From the NCBI RefSeq assembly GCF_963921235.1, contig NC_086097.1, forward strand, positions 233,370,001 through 233,434,000: 64,000 bases of DNA, in the 5' to 3' direction. Shown here piece after piece: positions 24,660-38,712 of the stretch. How positions within the stretch are numbered: the first letter of the stretch is position 1; each line of letters begins with the position of its first letter. Source of the DNA: Mobula hypostoma. Taxonomy: Eukaryota. The position numbers and the translations under genes are program-made. The notes under the pieces are model-generated. The model had not been told where the DNA came from and made no database searches. It saw nothing but the letters and a program-made list of their open reading frames with translations.

Positions 24660-27600
24660 GTAATAGAGCTTTGAGCTGGACGTTGGAAGTTTGGAAAGTG
24701 GGGGACTTCAATCAAATCCACTGGCTGAGGATAAAGGGCAGCAGCAGCAGGTTGAGGCAACATAATGGAGCTTTAGCCTGTGACCACTTCGCGCCTGGGA
24801 TTGGTTAGTAAGAGCAAATTAAAGGAAGGCAGGGGCTAGCGCAACGGTTGTCGTCAGACTGGACGTAGTCAGAGTGGAGATGTAGAGGCTTTAGCTCTTT
24901 GAGGCTTCACTTAGAGAAAGCAAAGGAAAGAGAAGCTCAAGATTTTTTCATTCTCTTTATTCTCTCTATCTATCTGTTTAGCTAGAGACAGTAGGGATGA
25001 CTGGCAGGATAGTGAAATGCTCTTCTTACAGGATGTAGGAAGACAAGGACAACTACAACTGCGAGAAGTGCGTCCAGCTGCAACTTCCAACAAACCGCAT
25101 TAAGAAGTTGGAGTTGGAGCTGGAGCTGGATGAACTCCGGATCATTGGGAAAGAGGCTATAGATAGGACATATGGAAAGGTAATTACACCCAAGATGCAG
25201 GACATAAGAAACAGGGTGACAGTTAGGAAGGGGAAAGGGGTTAAGGAGCCAGTGCAGAGTATCTCTGTGACCATTCTCCTCAACAGCAGGAATATCACCT
25301 TGGATACCCTTGGTGGGGGATGACCTAACAGAGGATAGTCACAGAATCGGGTCTCTGGCATTGAGTCTGCCTCTGTGACTCAGAAAGGAAGGTGCGGAGA
25401 AGAGACATACTGTGGTGATAGGGAACTTATTAGTTTGGGAAATGGACTGAAGATTCTGTGTGTGAAAATGAGATTCCCGGATGGTATGTTGCCTCTAGGT
25501 GCCAGGGGCTGGGATAAATCAGATTGAATCCTCAGCATTCTTAAGAGGGAGGGTGAACAACCAGAAGTTGTGGTCTATGTAGTTCGAGTGACAAGGTTCT
25601 GCATAGGGAGTTAGGTGCTAAGTTAAAGGGCAGGATTGGGATCTCAGGATTGCAACTCATGCCACGTGAAATGAAAAAGATTGGTTAAGACAAATGTAGG
25701 TCCCCTACAGACAGAAACAGGTGAATTGATTATGGGGAGCAACAACATTGCAGACCAATTGAATAATTACTTTGGTTCTGTCTTCACTAAGGAGGACATA
25801 AATAATCTTCCAGAAATAGTAGGGGACAGAGGGTCCAGTGAGATGGAGGAACTGAGGGAAATACATGTTAGTAGGGAAGTGGTGTTAGGTAAATTGAAGG
25901 GATTAGAGGCAGATAAATCCCCAGGGCCAGATGGTCTGCATCCCAGAGTGCTTAAGGAAGTAGCCCAAGAAATAGTGGATGCATTCGTGATAATTTTTCA
26001 AAACTCTTTAGATTCTGGACTAGTTCCTGAGGATTGGAGGGTGGCTAATGTAACCCCACTTTTTAAAAAAGGAGGGAGAGAGAAACCAGGGAATTATAGA
26101 CCGGTTAGCCTAACATCGGTGGTGGCGAAACTGCTAGAGTCAGTTATCAAAGATGTGATAACAGCACATTTGGAAAGCGGTGAAATCATCGGACAAAGTC
26201 AGCATGGATTTGTGAAAGGAAAATCATGTCTGACGAATCTCATAGAATTTTTTGAGGATGTAACTAGTAGAGTGGATAGGGGGGAACCAGTGGATGTGGT
26301 ATATTTGGATTTTTAAAAGGCTTTTGACAAGGTCCCACACAGGAGATTAGGGTGCAAACTTAAAGCACACAGTATTGGGGGTAAGGTATTGATGTGGATA
26401 GAGAATTGGTTGGCAGACAGGAAGCAAAGAGTGGGAATAAAGGGGACCTTTTCAGAATGGCAGGCTGTGACTAGTGGGGTACCGCAAGGCTCAGTGCTGG
26501 GACCCCAGTTGTTTACAATATATATTAATGACTTGGATGAGGGAATTAAATGCAGCATCTCCAAGTTTGCGGATGACACGAAGCTGGGCGGCAGTGTTAG
26601 CTGTGAGGAGGATGCTAAGAGGATGCAGGGTGACTTGGATAGGTTAGGTGAGTGGGCAAATTCACGGCAGATGCAATTTAATGAGGATAAATATGAAGTT
26701 ATCCACTTTGGTAGCAAAAACAGGAAAACAGAGTATTATCTGAATGGTGGCCGATTAGGAAAAGGGGAGGTGCAACGAGACCTAGGTGTCATTATACACC
26801 AGTCATTGAAAGTGGGCATGCAGGTACAGCAGGCGGTGAAAAAGGTGAATGGTATGCTGGCATTTATAGCAAGAGGATTCGAGTACAGGAGCAGGGAGGT
26901 ACTACTACAGTTATACAAGGCCTTGGTGAGACCACACCTGGAGTATTGTGTGCAGTTTTGGTCCCCTAATCTGAGGAAAGACATCCTTGCCATAGAGGGA
27001 GTACAAAGAGGGTTCACCAGATTGATTCCTGGGATGGCAGGACTTTCATATGATGAAAGACTGGATGAACTGGGCTTATACTCGTTGGAATTTAGACGAT
27101 TGAGGGGGATCTGATTGAAACGTATAAAATCCTAAAGGGATTGGACAGGCTAGATGCAGGAAGATTGCTCCCGATGTTGGGGAAGTCCAGAACGAGGGGT
27201 CACAGTTTGAGGACAAAGGGGAAGCCTTTTAGGACCGAGATTATGAAAAACTTCTTCACACAGAGAGTGGTGAATCTGTGGAATTCTCTGCCACAGGAAA
27301 CAGTTGAAGCCAGTTCATTGGCTATATTTAAGAGGGAGTTAGATATGGCCCTTGTGGCTAAAGGGATCAGGGGGTATGGAGGGAAGGCTGGTGCAGGGTT
27401 CTGAGTTGGATGATCAGCCATGATCATACTGAATGGCGGTGCAGGCTCGAAGGGCCGAATGGCCTACTCCTGCACCTATTTTCTATGTTTCTATGTTTCT
27501 ATGTTTCTATGTGCTAGTGAGGCTAGAACTAGGAAGATCATACAGTTTAATACATGGCTAAGCAGTTGGTGTAGGTAGGAGAGCATGAAACTATAGGCCA

Positions 27601-28510
27601 ATTAGTCTGACCTCAGTGGTTGGGAAGATATTGAGTTGAGTATTAAGGATGAGGTCCCAGGGTACATGGAGGCATATGATAAAATAAGCCATAGTCAGCC
27701 TGGTTTCTTCAAGGGAAAATCTTTCCTGACAAATCTGTTGCAATTATTTGCAGAAATAACAAGCAGAATAGACAAAGGAGAATTGATTGATGTTTACAGA
27801 AGGCCTTTTGCAAGTTGCCAGACATGAAGCTGTTTAACAAGCTATTAGCCCATGGTATTACAGGAAGGATTCTGGCATGGATAAAGCAGTGGCTGATTGG
27901 CAGGAGGCAAAGAGTAGAAATAAAGGGGGCCTTTTCTGGTTGGTTGCCAATGACTAGTGGTGCTCCACAGGGGTCAGTGTTAGGACTGACTCTTTGTACG
28001 TTATATGTCAATGATTTGGAAGTTGGAATTGGTAGCTCTGTTGCAAATTCAGTGTGAAGATAGATGGAGGGGCAGGTAGTCCTGAGGAAGTAGGGAAGCT
28101 ACAGGACAGACAGATTAGGAGAATGGCAAAGAAAAGGCAGGTGGAACACGGTGTCGGGAACTATATGGTCACGCACTTTGGTAGAAAAATGAAAGGGTTG
28201 AATATTTTCTAAATGGAGAGAAAATACAAAAAATGAGAATATAAAACCAAGGATATAATGCTGAGGCTTTATAAGACATTGGTCAAACCATATTTGTGAT
28301 GTTATGAGCAGTTTTGGACCTCATATTAAAAAAAAAAGATGTGCTGGCAATAGAGAGGAGTCCTAAGGATGTTCACAAGAATGATCCTGGAATGAAAGTG
28401 TTTATGTATGAGGAGCGTTTAGTTCCTCTGGGCATTTAATTATTGCAATGTCGAAGAATGAGCGAGGATCTCATTGAAGCCTATAGAATATTGAACGGCC
28501 TTGATAAAGT
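24660..28510 (+). mobile_element. Old CR1 LINE with 5'UTR, ORF1 (zinc finger, coiled coil, SGNH esterase) and RT remnants; hosts copy D
   Basis: CEKCVQLQL, ELELELDELRII, VVIG, RMVCCL, PEVVV; RT remnants 27600-28510; CACGTG|CTAGTGAGG rejoins across copy D. Confidence 0.75.
25669..27511 (+). mobile_element. Young CR1 LINE copy D, 5'-truncated, one nonsense codon (~26314) and one frameshift (~27110)
   Basis: ORFs 25681-26316, 26389-27114 and 27141-27404 nearly identical to copies A-C; (TTTCTATG)n tail; GTG repeated at both junctions. Confidence 0.95.
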
Positions 28511-29368
28511 AGGCCTTCTAAGTAAAAAAGTGTGTACACTTTATTTTGATCTAATAGATACTGTGTGTACCTGAGTGATGTTGTATGTGCACATGATGAT
28601 GTCATTAATTTTATACCCATTATTTATTTTATGTGCATAAATGCACCTAAACGCTGGGGCCATCAATTTACAGTATTGCTGACCTGTGCAACCAGTCAAC
28701 GATATGTTCAATATTACACTCATGCCGATAAAATTATAGCCTACAGGCAACGTGATGTTGCCAGGCTGATTGCATTCTGCTCAATGGGTGCTGGTTAATT
28801 GGACATTGTGGACCTGCACCTATGTTCAGGAACTATGAAATTACCAATCCCCAAACTCAGAACAATATTACCATTTACTTTTTAAACTCGGTTGCCCAGT
28901 GGAATGTGCTGGATTCAAAACAGCCTGCTTTACATCCCATCTGGTCTCATAGAATCATCGAAAGTTACAGTGCAGATGAGGTGTTTTGACCTTGTCCAGT
29001 TGGAGAAGCTGTCCAATTAGTCCTACTCTGCTGCTGTTTCCCCATGATCCTGCAAGTAATTTCCACCTCCTCAAGTGTTAATCTAATTTCTTAACGATTT
29101 TTTTTAGAACTGCTTCAACCTTTCTTTGAAGTTAAGTACTTCAGATCACAATAAGTCAAGTGCAAAGAGGAAAATACCAGTCTTTCTGGTGGTTCTTTGT
29201 CAATTACTTCATTCATCTTTGGGTAACTTGTCCCAATATCACTAGGAATTGCTTATTTTTATGAAGCTCCTGTATGTTTCTGAAACATCTCAACTTCTTT
29301 CCTCTCTCCGAGTGGTTGAATGAAGTATTCCAGCAAAATTGTTCTGCAGCTGGCAAACATTCATAGAA

Positions 29369-30470
29369 CGTGAATGCATGGGATCCAGGGACATTTGGCC
29401 AGGTGGATTCAGAATCGGCTTGCCTGCAGAAGGCAGAGGGTGGTGGTGGAGGGATAACATTCGGATTGGAGGGTTGTGACTAGTGGTGTCCCACAAGGAT
29501 CTGCTCTGGGACCTCTACTTTTTGTGATTTTTATTAACGACCTGGATGTGGAGGTAGAAGGGTGGGTTGGCAAGTTTGCAGACGACACAAAGATTGGTGA
29601 TGTTGTAGATAGTGTAGAGGATTATCAAAGATTGCAGAGAGACATTGATAGGATGCAGAAGTTGGCTGAGAAGTGGATGGAGTTCAACCCGGAGAAGTGT
29701 GAGGTGGTACACTTTGGAAGGACAAACTCCAAGGCAGAGTACAAAGTAAATGGTAGGATACTTGGTAGTGTGGAGGAGCAGAGGGATCTGGGGGTACATG
29801 TCCACAGATCCCTGAAAGTTGCCTCACTGGTAGATAGGGTAGTTAAGAAAGCTTATGGGGTGTTGGCTTTCATAAGTCGAGGGATAGAGTTTAAGAGTCG
29901 CGATGTAATGATGCAGCTCTGTAAAACTCTGGTTAGGCCACACTTGGAGTGCTGTGTCCAGTTCTGGTCACCTCATTATAGGAAGGATATGGAAGCATTG
30001 GAAAGGGTACAGAGGAGATTTACCAGGATGCTGCCTGGTTTAGAGAGCATGAATTCTGATCAGAGATTAAGGGAGATAGGGCTTTAATCTTTGGAGAGAA
30101 GGAGGATGAGAGGAGACATGGTAGAGGAGTACAAGATAATAAGAGGAATAGATAGAGTGGATAGCCAGCGCCTCTTCCCCAGGGCACCACTGCTCAATAC
30201 CAGGGGACATGGCTTTAAGGTAAGGGGTGGAAAGTTCAAGGGGGATATTAGAGGAAGGTTTTTTACTCAGAGAGTGGTTGGTATGTGGAATGCACTGCCT
30301 GAGTCAGTGGTGGAAGCAGATGCACTAGTGAAGTTTAAGAAACTACTAGATAGGTATATGGAGGAATTTAAGGTGGGGGGTTATATGGGAGGCAGGGTTT
30401 GAGGGTCGGCACAACAATGTGGGCCGAAGGGCCTGTACTGTGCTGTACTATTTTATGTCTATGTTCTATG
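29369..30470 (+). mobile_element. CR1 LINE 3' part, a different subfamily
   Basis: VTSGVPQGSALGPLLFVIFINDLD, KFADD, FFTQRVVG.WNALP; (TCTATGT) tail. Confidence 0.9.
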
Positions 30471-30810
30471 TAACATAGAAAATCTACAGCACAGTACAGG
30501 CCCTTCGGCCCACAAAGCTGTTTTGAGCGTGTCCTTACCTTAGAAATTACCTAGCTCTCTATTTTTCTAAGCTCCATGTACCTATCCAGGAAGCTCTTAA
30601 AGGACCCTATCGTATCCGGCTCCACCAATGTCGTTGGCAACGCATTCCACGCACTCACCACTCTCTACGTAAAAAACTTACCCCTGACATCTCCTCTGTA
30701 CCTACTTCCAAGCACCTTAAAACTGTGCCCTCTCATCCTAGCCATTTCAGCCCTGGGAAAAGCCTCTGACTATCCACACGATCAATGCCTGTCATCATCT
30801 TATATACCTC
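30471..30810 (-). mobile_element. CR1 3' end fragment, tail-to-tail with the previous element
   Basis: AACATAGAA tail, GGCCCTTCGGCCCACA, CATTCCACGCACTCACCACTCTCT. Confidence 0.75.
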
Positions 30811-31359
30811 TGGCTTAAACATAAACCATTCTTTATGTTTTTTTTCTCACAGTTTTCTCATTTTATAATTGGCAACCTCACATATTTGCATAAGAGCAAA
30901 TATTCCTTGGTGTCTTTTTTCCTGCTGTCCTCCGGAGCACACCTCTTTGTTTTCTGGAACAAATTATGTTGCTTTGAGGCCTCTGCACTGAGTTTTCCTT
31001 CGCATATGTGTGCACCTTTCCCCAGTTTCTCCAATCCTCCTGGTATCTATTATTATGCTTAGGTGTTCACTGCTGTATTTCCATCAGAATCAGAACCAGG
31101 TTTATTATCACTGACTTCAGTCGTGAAATTTGTTACTTTGCAGTAGCAGTACAGTGCAATACCATAATTATAAAAATATACCATAAGGTACAATAAGAAA
31201 TATAAAAAATAAGTATCTATTGCAAAAAGGGAGTGAAAAATGAGGTGGTGTTAGTGGGTTCTACGTCTATTCAGAAAACTGATGGTGGATGGGAAGAAGC
31301 TGTTCTTGAAATGTTGACTATATGCCATTAGATTCCTGAACCTCCTCCCTGATGGTAGT

Positions 31360-31890
31360 TGTTGTAGCGTGGATGTAATCACCGGAGAGACAGGGTCACT
31401 GGTAGATACAAAGCAGCTTCTTTATTCGACACAACAAGCAGGCATCATACAGACGGAGAAGCTTTTGGGAGAAAGGTCTGCTAGCTCAATGTGGGCTCGA
31501 TATTTATACGCTAAACACAAAGACAATCGCTGCTTAAAAAGTTACAGACAATGCATAGACAATGCTTCCTTTTGAAGCTACATACAAAATGTCACACCAT
31601 CCTTTCCTTCCGACGCCAACATGTCTGGGTTGGTATCCACAGCCTTTAGGATTTACTTGGCATTTTACGTGCTAACATAGAAGACAATTAATATTTATAA
31701 TGTATAGATAATACTGTCTGCGAAGCTACAGCATCTGGTCAAACTACAGCGCCAGAAGCATCTGGTATTCACACTTTTTTAGGAAGCGCATTGTTGTGGA
31801 CTCAACCCACAGTACTTTGTCAAATAGAGGTCTGGTGGCCAATGTCATTTAAGTGTAAACAAATCATCTACCCAAAAACTCACTCTAACA
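31360..31890 (-). mobile_element. Solo LTR of unknown family inserted in a Rex1-like 3' fragment
   Basis: TGTT...AACA termini; degenerate 5-bp TSD GTAGT/GCAGC; minus-strand TATAAA (~31503-31508) upstream of AATAAA (~31421-31426); host GATGGTAG|CAATGA rejoins. Confidence 0.7.
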
Positions 31891-34800
31891 GCAGCAATGA
31901 AGAGAGGGCATCTCCTGGATGGTGAGGGTCCTTAATGATGGATGCCAACATTTTGGGGCATTGCCTACTGAAGGTGCCCTAACAGTGAGGAGGCTAGTGC
32001 CCATGATGGAGCTGGTTGGGTGTAAAGCCCTCCATTCAGATTAACCGACACACATGCTATTAACAGGAAGCAAGGCTTCTGAAATATGGTTGTTTAGCTA
32101 GCATTGAAGGTATGGCTGATAGGATAATCCTGATAAACTTGTGGTGTGCTTAGATGGAGTCGCTTCTTCAGAGTCAACGAAAGGTGTTATTGTCTTTCTT
32201 AAATGCATTTTTACACTCGTAAGACCCCTGCTGGACATTAAAAACTTAAAATGCTGCACCATCAGCGAGCTGCTTGTTGAAGGAGAAACTGAAGGAGCTG
32301 TATTTGGTGTAGACTGTGATGCAACAGAGAGGCGTTGATGCATGAAGGAAGTGTGCACTCTAACAGCCAGTGATTGTATTGGTTGCTTTTCTTGTTCAAC
32401 ATTGGCAGTGTGGAATGTTGCAAGTCCTATTCATTGGTTTATTGGAGAACATCAGGGACAGACACGGGGATACTGAGTGTCCTAGGTTGCAGTGAGGACT
32501 AAGCTGCGATGTCGTCTGCTTGCAGCCACCCAGGCTGAGGTGTCAGAGTCGGGTGCTGCACCGGATTGCCAAAGGCCGTGTAGCATGGCATCCGTGCTGG
32601 AGTAGGTGCTGCCCCCCTAGAAGACAAGCTGCATTGTGCTTAACTGCAGATTGCTGCAACATTCACGGACTCGGACTTGGACTATATTTGTTTTGTGTGA
32701 CTATATTTTACCGATATCATACACATGCTTGCTGTCTTATATACGCTATGTGTGCCCTGTGCTGTATATGACTGTTAGTATTGTGTTTTGCACCTTGGAA
32801 TAATGCTGTTTTCTTTATCTGTTTTCATGGGTATTCGTGTATAGTTGAATGACAATTAAACTTGAACTTGAACTGAGGATTATGGAAAAGGTCTGTTGGT
32901 AGGTGCCTAAATGTGACTGGATATTGCACTTTAGACATCCAGCAGTTCCTTTGAAAATAGAGAACTGCTGATTTTTGTGGATCCATCAAACTAATCTCTC
33001 ACATACAAGGTTGGGGGTAGTGGACATGGTCCTTTAAAATTGAGGTGTATTGCAATTTTATCCTAGAGAGTTAAGAATATCTGGAATTCTCTATGCACTG
33101 GGATTGCACAGGGTATATCATTGTTGGTATCTAAAGAGGAATTACGGTGGATGCATTTTTGAAAATCAGGAAATTGAAGGCTGCAGGGAAATGAACAAAA
33201 GGGGATTTGAGGCCTATGTCTGATCAGCCATGATCAAATTGAATGGCAGGGCAGACTTGAGGGGCTATCTGGCCAACTTCTGTATCAACATTACATAGAG
33301 TGTACAGCACTACAGCAAAGTACAGGCTCTTCAGCCATGATGTTGTACCAACCATTTTACTCTAAAATCAATCTCACCCTTCCCTCCTATGTAGCCCTCC
33401 ATTTTTCTATCTCTATGTTCCTAAGAGTTTCTTTAATGTTCCTAATGTACCTTCCTCTACCACTGCCCCTTCCATGCACCCACCCCGCTATGTATTATGC
33501 TCCGAGGTATTAGCCAATGGGAAATAAGTCTCTGGCTATGATCCTTATAATGAATATTCTTATTTTCTTTCCTCTCACTTATCCAGCTGAAACTTAGCCT
33601 GAGGGCTTTATCCGCTGACTTCTGTGTAAGACAAACCCAAAGACTGGCAGATTTGGAGATTTAATTTTTATGGGTTCTACCTCATCAGATCAAAGTTTAC
33701 TTTGAAGAAAATGAACTTCGGGATTGTATATGGTGACACATATGCATTTTGATAATAAATTTACTTTGAATTTTGAATTTTGATTGTTCTGTTCTTTTCT
33801 CAACACTTCATTGATCCACTAGGAAAACTGTAGGATAGTAAAGTTTCAAACATTTGATTTTTGTATATTATGAGGTAGTCACAATTGCTATGCGAAATTT
33901 TGTCTTTGGCTTTTATGATACGTATTTGAAACAAAGCCCACATGCTAAATGGTACTGATGAAATTTGGCATTTAGATGGAACATCTGCAAAGTGTTGTTT
34001 TAAGTATTTTGACAATAAGATAAATTATATCTGTAAATTCTAAAACTGGTATATTAGGATTATAACATACGGACATTGGCAATGCTACTCAACTTGGTTC
34101 ACTTGTACCAATCAATTAGTACCACGTTAAACCTTCACTGGAATAAGTGAGATGGCGTTAACTGCTGTTCAAAGCACCCTTCAACCTGTGATTGACGTGT
34201 ATTATTCAGCTATAAAAGACTGGTAAAATTCCTGACGCTCCAGATGTTCACACCTCACTTATTGCCATTTTAATAACCTTTGATTTATATATTATTTTAC
34301 AGTTGGAGATAAGTGAGAAAAGTAAATATTCACCTTCAAATTTTCCTTCAAGTTGTCCTTTGTCTAAATTTTTTTAGGCTTTTCACACCAGTACCAAATG
34401 AAGCATTTTACTCTAAGTTTCTTTGTGACAAATAAAGCTAATCTTTATCTTTATACTTTCATAAAAATGTACAACGTGGTAAGGGCCCATAGGCCCACAA
34501 TGTTGTGCTGATCTTTTGCCCTACTCCACGATCAATCTAACTGTTCCCTCCTACACTGCTCATAACCCTTCATTTTTCTTTTATACATTTGTCTGTTAGA
34601 GGGTCTCTTGAAACTCCCTAATGTATCAGCCTCTACCACTACCCCCAACAGTGCATTCCAGACACTTAAGTGCTCTGTGTAAAAAAAAACTTACCTTTGA
34701 CGTCCCCACTAAATCTTCCTCCACTCACCTTAAAAGGATGTCCTCAGGTATTAGCCATTGTCAGCCTGGGAAAAAGGCACTGGCTGTCCACTGTATCTAT

Positions 34801-35109
34801 GCCTCTTATAATCTTAGACACGTTCACTCCAAGTAAGAAAGTTTAAAATATGAGAGGGGCAACTTTAGGGTAAAATGTGAGAAGAATTCAATATATGATT
34901 CAGTAAACGTTAGAGATATTTGTTGAAAAGAACTATTGAATGTAAGAGCATAATAAAAGGAACACTTGCTGCACAACCACTCCACTGTCTGTTCTGGCCC
35001 TCTGGTTACCATCTCCCTGCAACTCTAGTTTAAACTAAGGTGCAAAGACACATGAGTTTGCAGAAATTGCAGCATGGAGTGGTTGTGGAGATGGATATTG
35101 TTAAGACCT

Positions 35110-36400
35110 CAGTCAAACTAATGTTCTGAATTGCGTATATTCCAAAGCAGTAAGTATTATTGGAAAGGTAGCTGAGCTCATGGTATGGATCAACACATGG
35201 AATTATGATATTTTAGCCATTATTGAGACTTGATTGCAGGAGGGGCAGGACTGGCAGCTCAGTATTCCTGGGTTCTGTTGTTTTAGATGTAATGGAGCAG
35301 GAGGGATTAAAGGGGAAGGGGTGACGATACTAGTCAGGGAAAATGTCATGACAGTGCTCAGTCAGGACAGACTGGAGAATTCATGGATGGATCTGAGGAA
35401 TAAAAAAGGTATGAATACATTAATGGGGATATATTACAGACCACCCAACAGTCTGCAGGATTTAGAGCAACAAATTAGTAGAGACATTGCAGACTGTTGT
35501 AAGAACTATAGGGTTGTGGCAACTTTCCACATATTGACTGGAGCTCCCATCTTGTGAAAGGACCAAACAGGATAGAATTTGTCAAGTGTGATCTGGGAAG
35601 TTTCTTTCATCTGTACATAGCAGTCTCAATGAGAGAAAGTGCTGTACTCGATCTCCTATCAGGAAACAATACAGGGCAGAGGACAGAAGTTTGTATAGCG
35701 GAACACTTTACATTTAATGATCATGATGCCTTTAGTTTCAAGGTAATTATGGAAAAATATAAGTTGGTGAGATTCAAAATTGGGAAAAAATGGTAGTAGA
35801 TGATTGCCTGCCTGACTGGAGGCCTGTGATTAGTGGAATGCCGCAGGGATCGGTGCTGGGTCCGTTGTTGTTTGCCATCTATATCAACTATGTGGATATA
35901 ATGTGGTTAATTGGATCATCAGATTTGTGGATGATACCAAGACTAAGGACTGTGAGGATGCTGCCGGGACTGGAAGACCTGGGTCATAAGGAAAAATTGA
36001 ACTGGTTAAAACTATATTGCTTAGAATGGAGAAGATGGAAAGGGAATCTGACAGGGGTATACAAAATTGTGAGGAGTATAGAAAGGGTAAACTAAAGCAG
36101 GCTTTTTCCAGTGAGGCTGGGGAAAATACAACTAGAGGTCATTTGTTAAGGCTGAAAGGTGAAATGTTGAAAGGGAAAAGGGGCTGAAACTTCTTCACTG
36201 AGAGGGTGGTGAGTGTGTGGAATGAGCTGCCAGTGCAAATGGTGGATGCAATTTCGATTTCAAAATTTGCGCAGTTACTTGGATGGGAGTGGTATGGAGC
36301 GTTATGGTCTGGGTGCAAGTCGATGGGACCGGGCAATTTAAATGGTTCGGCATGGACTAGATGGGCTGAAGGGCCTGTTTCTGTGCTGTAGTTTTCTATC
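35110..36400 (+). mobile_element. Old internally deleted CR1 LINE (APE, RT and 3' end remnants)
   Basis: WQLSIPGFCCFR, GIYYRPPN, AVLDLL, SGMPQGSVLGPLLF, RVVSVWNELP. Confidence 0.8.
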
Positions 36401-36849
36401 ACGCTTCGATCTAAGCTCCAGTTCTTCTTTCATTCATCATGTATTGTTAAAATAGTATAGTCAAATTTTTGAGTGCTACTGCTTTCAAAACTTTTCATGA
36501 AAGTTCATTAGAAAAATTGCACAATTGCTACGATAACAGTTAAGAATATTAATTCAGTCTTGGCAACTTTGAACACTAAGCAAAAACAGCTGTCATCTAA
36601 GAGGCAAAGGGGAAGGAGGTGCTGTGGGAGATGGAATAGTGTTGTCGATTCTGGAAAATAATAAGCAGTGCTGTCCTGGATTATCATAACCTAACTGTCG
36701 CTGCAATTACTTCGTCCCACATTTCATATAAATTGCAACTCTTTAAAGTGGTTTGAAGAGAAAATTATTGAATATATCTGGAAGCCAAGGTCGATAAAGA
36801 AATATTTTAAAAAACGATGTAATGAAACATTATTCATTTTTGGATGTGG

Positions 36850-38155
36850 GCTTATCCGTTAACCCTTTCATTCCTGGGTCATTCTTGTGAACCTCCTCTG
36901 GAGACTCTCCAATGTCAGCGTATCTTTTCTTAGATGGGGGTACCGACATTGCTCACAATATTTCAAGTGCAGTCTAACCAATGCATTACATCCTTGCTCC
37001 TGTATTCTAGGCCTTTTCAAAATGATTGCTAACATTCCTAGCACCAACTCAACCTACAAGTTAACCTTTAAGGGATCCTGCACTAGGATTTCCAAGTTAC
37101 TTTGCAACTTTGATTTTTGAATTTTCTCCCAATTTAGAAAATAGTCCACACTGTTATTCCTTTTACCAAAGTGCATGAGCATGCATTTCCCTCCGCTCTA
37201 TTCCACCTGCCACTTCTTTGCCCATTATCCCCATCTGTCTAAGTCCTTTTGCAGGCTCCCTACTTCCTCAAAACTACCTGCCTCTCTTCCTACCTTTGTA
37301 TCATCCACAAACCTAGCCACAAAGCCATCAATTCCTTCTTGATTTCATTGACATATAATTTGAAAAGATGCGGTCCCAACTACAACACGTGTGGAACACA
37401 ACTAGTCACCAGCAGCCAATCTTTAAAAGGCTCCCTTTATTCCTTATCTTTGCCTCCTGCCAGTCAGCCAATCTTCCATCAGTCTTCTATCCATGCTAGT
37501 GTTTTTCCTGAAATATCTTGGTCTCTTATCTTGTTAAGTGGCCTCATGTGCGGCACCTTGCCAAAGGTCTTCTGTAAATCTAAATAAACAACATCCGCTG
37601 ACTCTCTATTGTCTATCCTGCCAGTTATTTCCTCAAAAAATTCCAACAGATTTGTCAGGCAAGATTTCCCCATGCTGAGTTTGGTGCATCTTGTTGTGTG
37701 CCTCCAAGTACTCCCAAACCTTGTCCTTAACAATAGATTCTAACATCTTTCCAACCAATGAAATCGGGTTAAATTGCCTATAATTTCTTTTCTTCTGGCT
37801 TTCTCCCTTCTTACAGAATGGATTGAACTTTGCAGTTTTCCAGTCCTCCGGAACTATTCCAGAACCTAGTGATTCTTGAAAGAACATTACTAATGTTTCC
37901 ACAATCTCTCAGTTACCTTTTTCAGAACCTTGTCCAAGTGACCTGTCCACATTCAGGCTTTTCAGCTTCACAAGCACCTTCTCCTTGGTAATAGCAATGA
38001 CACTCATTTCTGCCCCCACACAATCTTGATATACTGCTAGTATCTTGCACAGTGAAGACTAATGCAAAATACCTATTAAGTTCATCTGCCATTTCTTTGT
38101 CCCCTTTACTACTTCTCTGGCCTCACTTTCCAGTGGCCGGATATCCACTCTCGTC
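36850..38155 (-). mobile_element. Old CR1 LINE RT remnant
   Basis: VPEDWK, GKSCLTNLLEFFEEIT, DVVYLDLQK.F.KVPH. Confidence 0.8.
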
Positions 38156-38454
38156 TTTGCATTAACAAGCAAGAGGTACATAGTAAAGTGGCCACTGAGT
38201 GTATATTATTCTCCAGTCTTCTTTGACTCCCAGCATGGTCCAGGAAGCCTAGAAGATAGTAGAAGTAGCACCAATATTAAACAAAACAAGAAAGCAAGAA
38301 ACTGAGTAAGAGAAGATCAAAATTCCAGACATCAACGCAGAGCAAATTATAGGAAAATGTTTTGAGAGATTGCACAGTTTTAATATATTCATGTGGCAAT
38401 TGATATTGCTAGCAATAATGGCTTTCACCTTCCATTCCAATTTGTGTCAGAAGT

Positions 38455-38712
38455 GGGAGGCAGTTAAGAATTGGTCACATTGGTGGTCTAGGGTCAAACT
38501 AAGCCGGATTGGTTAGGTGTGGTAGAATTCTTTCCTTGAAGGAGTCAGTGAACCAGTGGAGTTCCTTACAACAATCCAGTAGTTTCATGGTTACTAGCCA
38601 GATTTATTTAATTAATTAAGTTTTAATTCCCCAGCTAACAGGATTTGAACTCTTGTCACTGGATCAATGGTCCAGAACTGGCTGCTAGTCTAGTTACTTA
38701 ATACCATGCTAG
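38455..38712 (-). mobile_element. Ancient tRNA-derived SINE, degraded
   Basis: Minus-strand B-box-like GAGTTCAAATCC followed by CCATGAAACTACTGGATTGTTGTAA and GGTTCACTGA...AAGGAAAG blocks. Confidence 0.5.
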
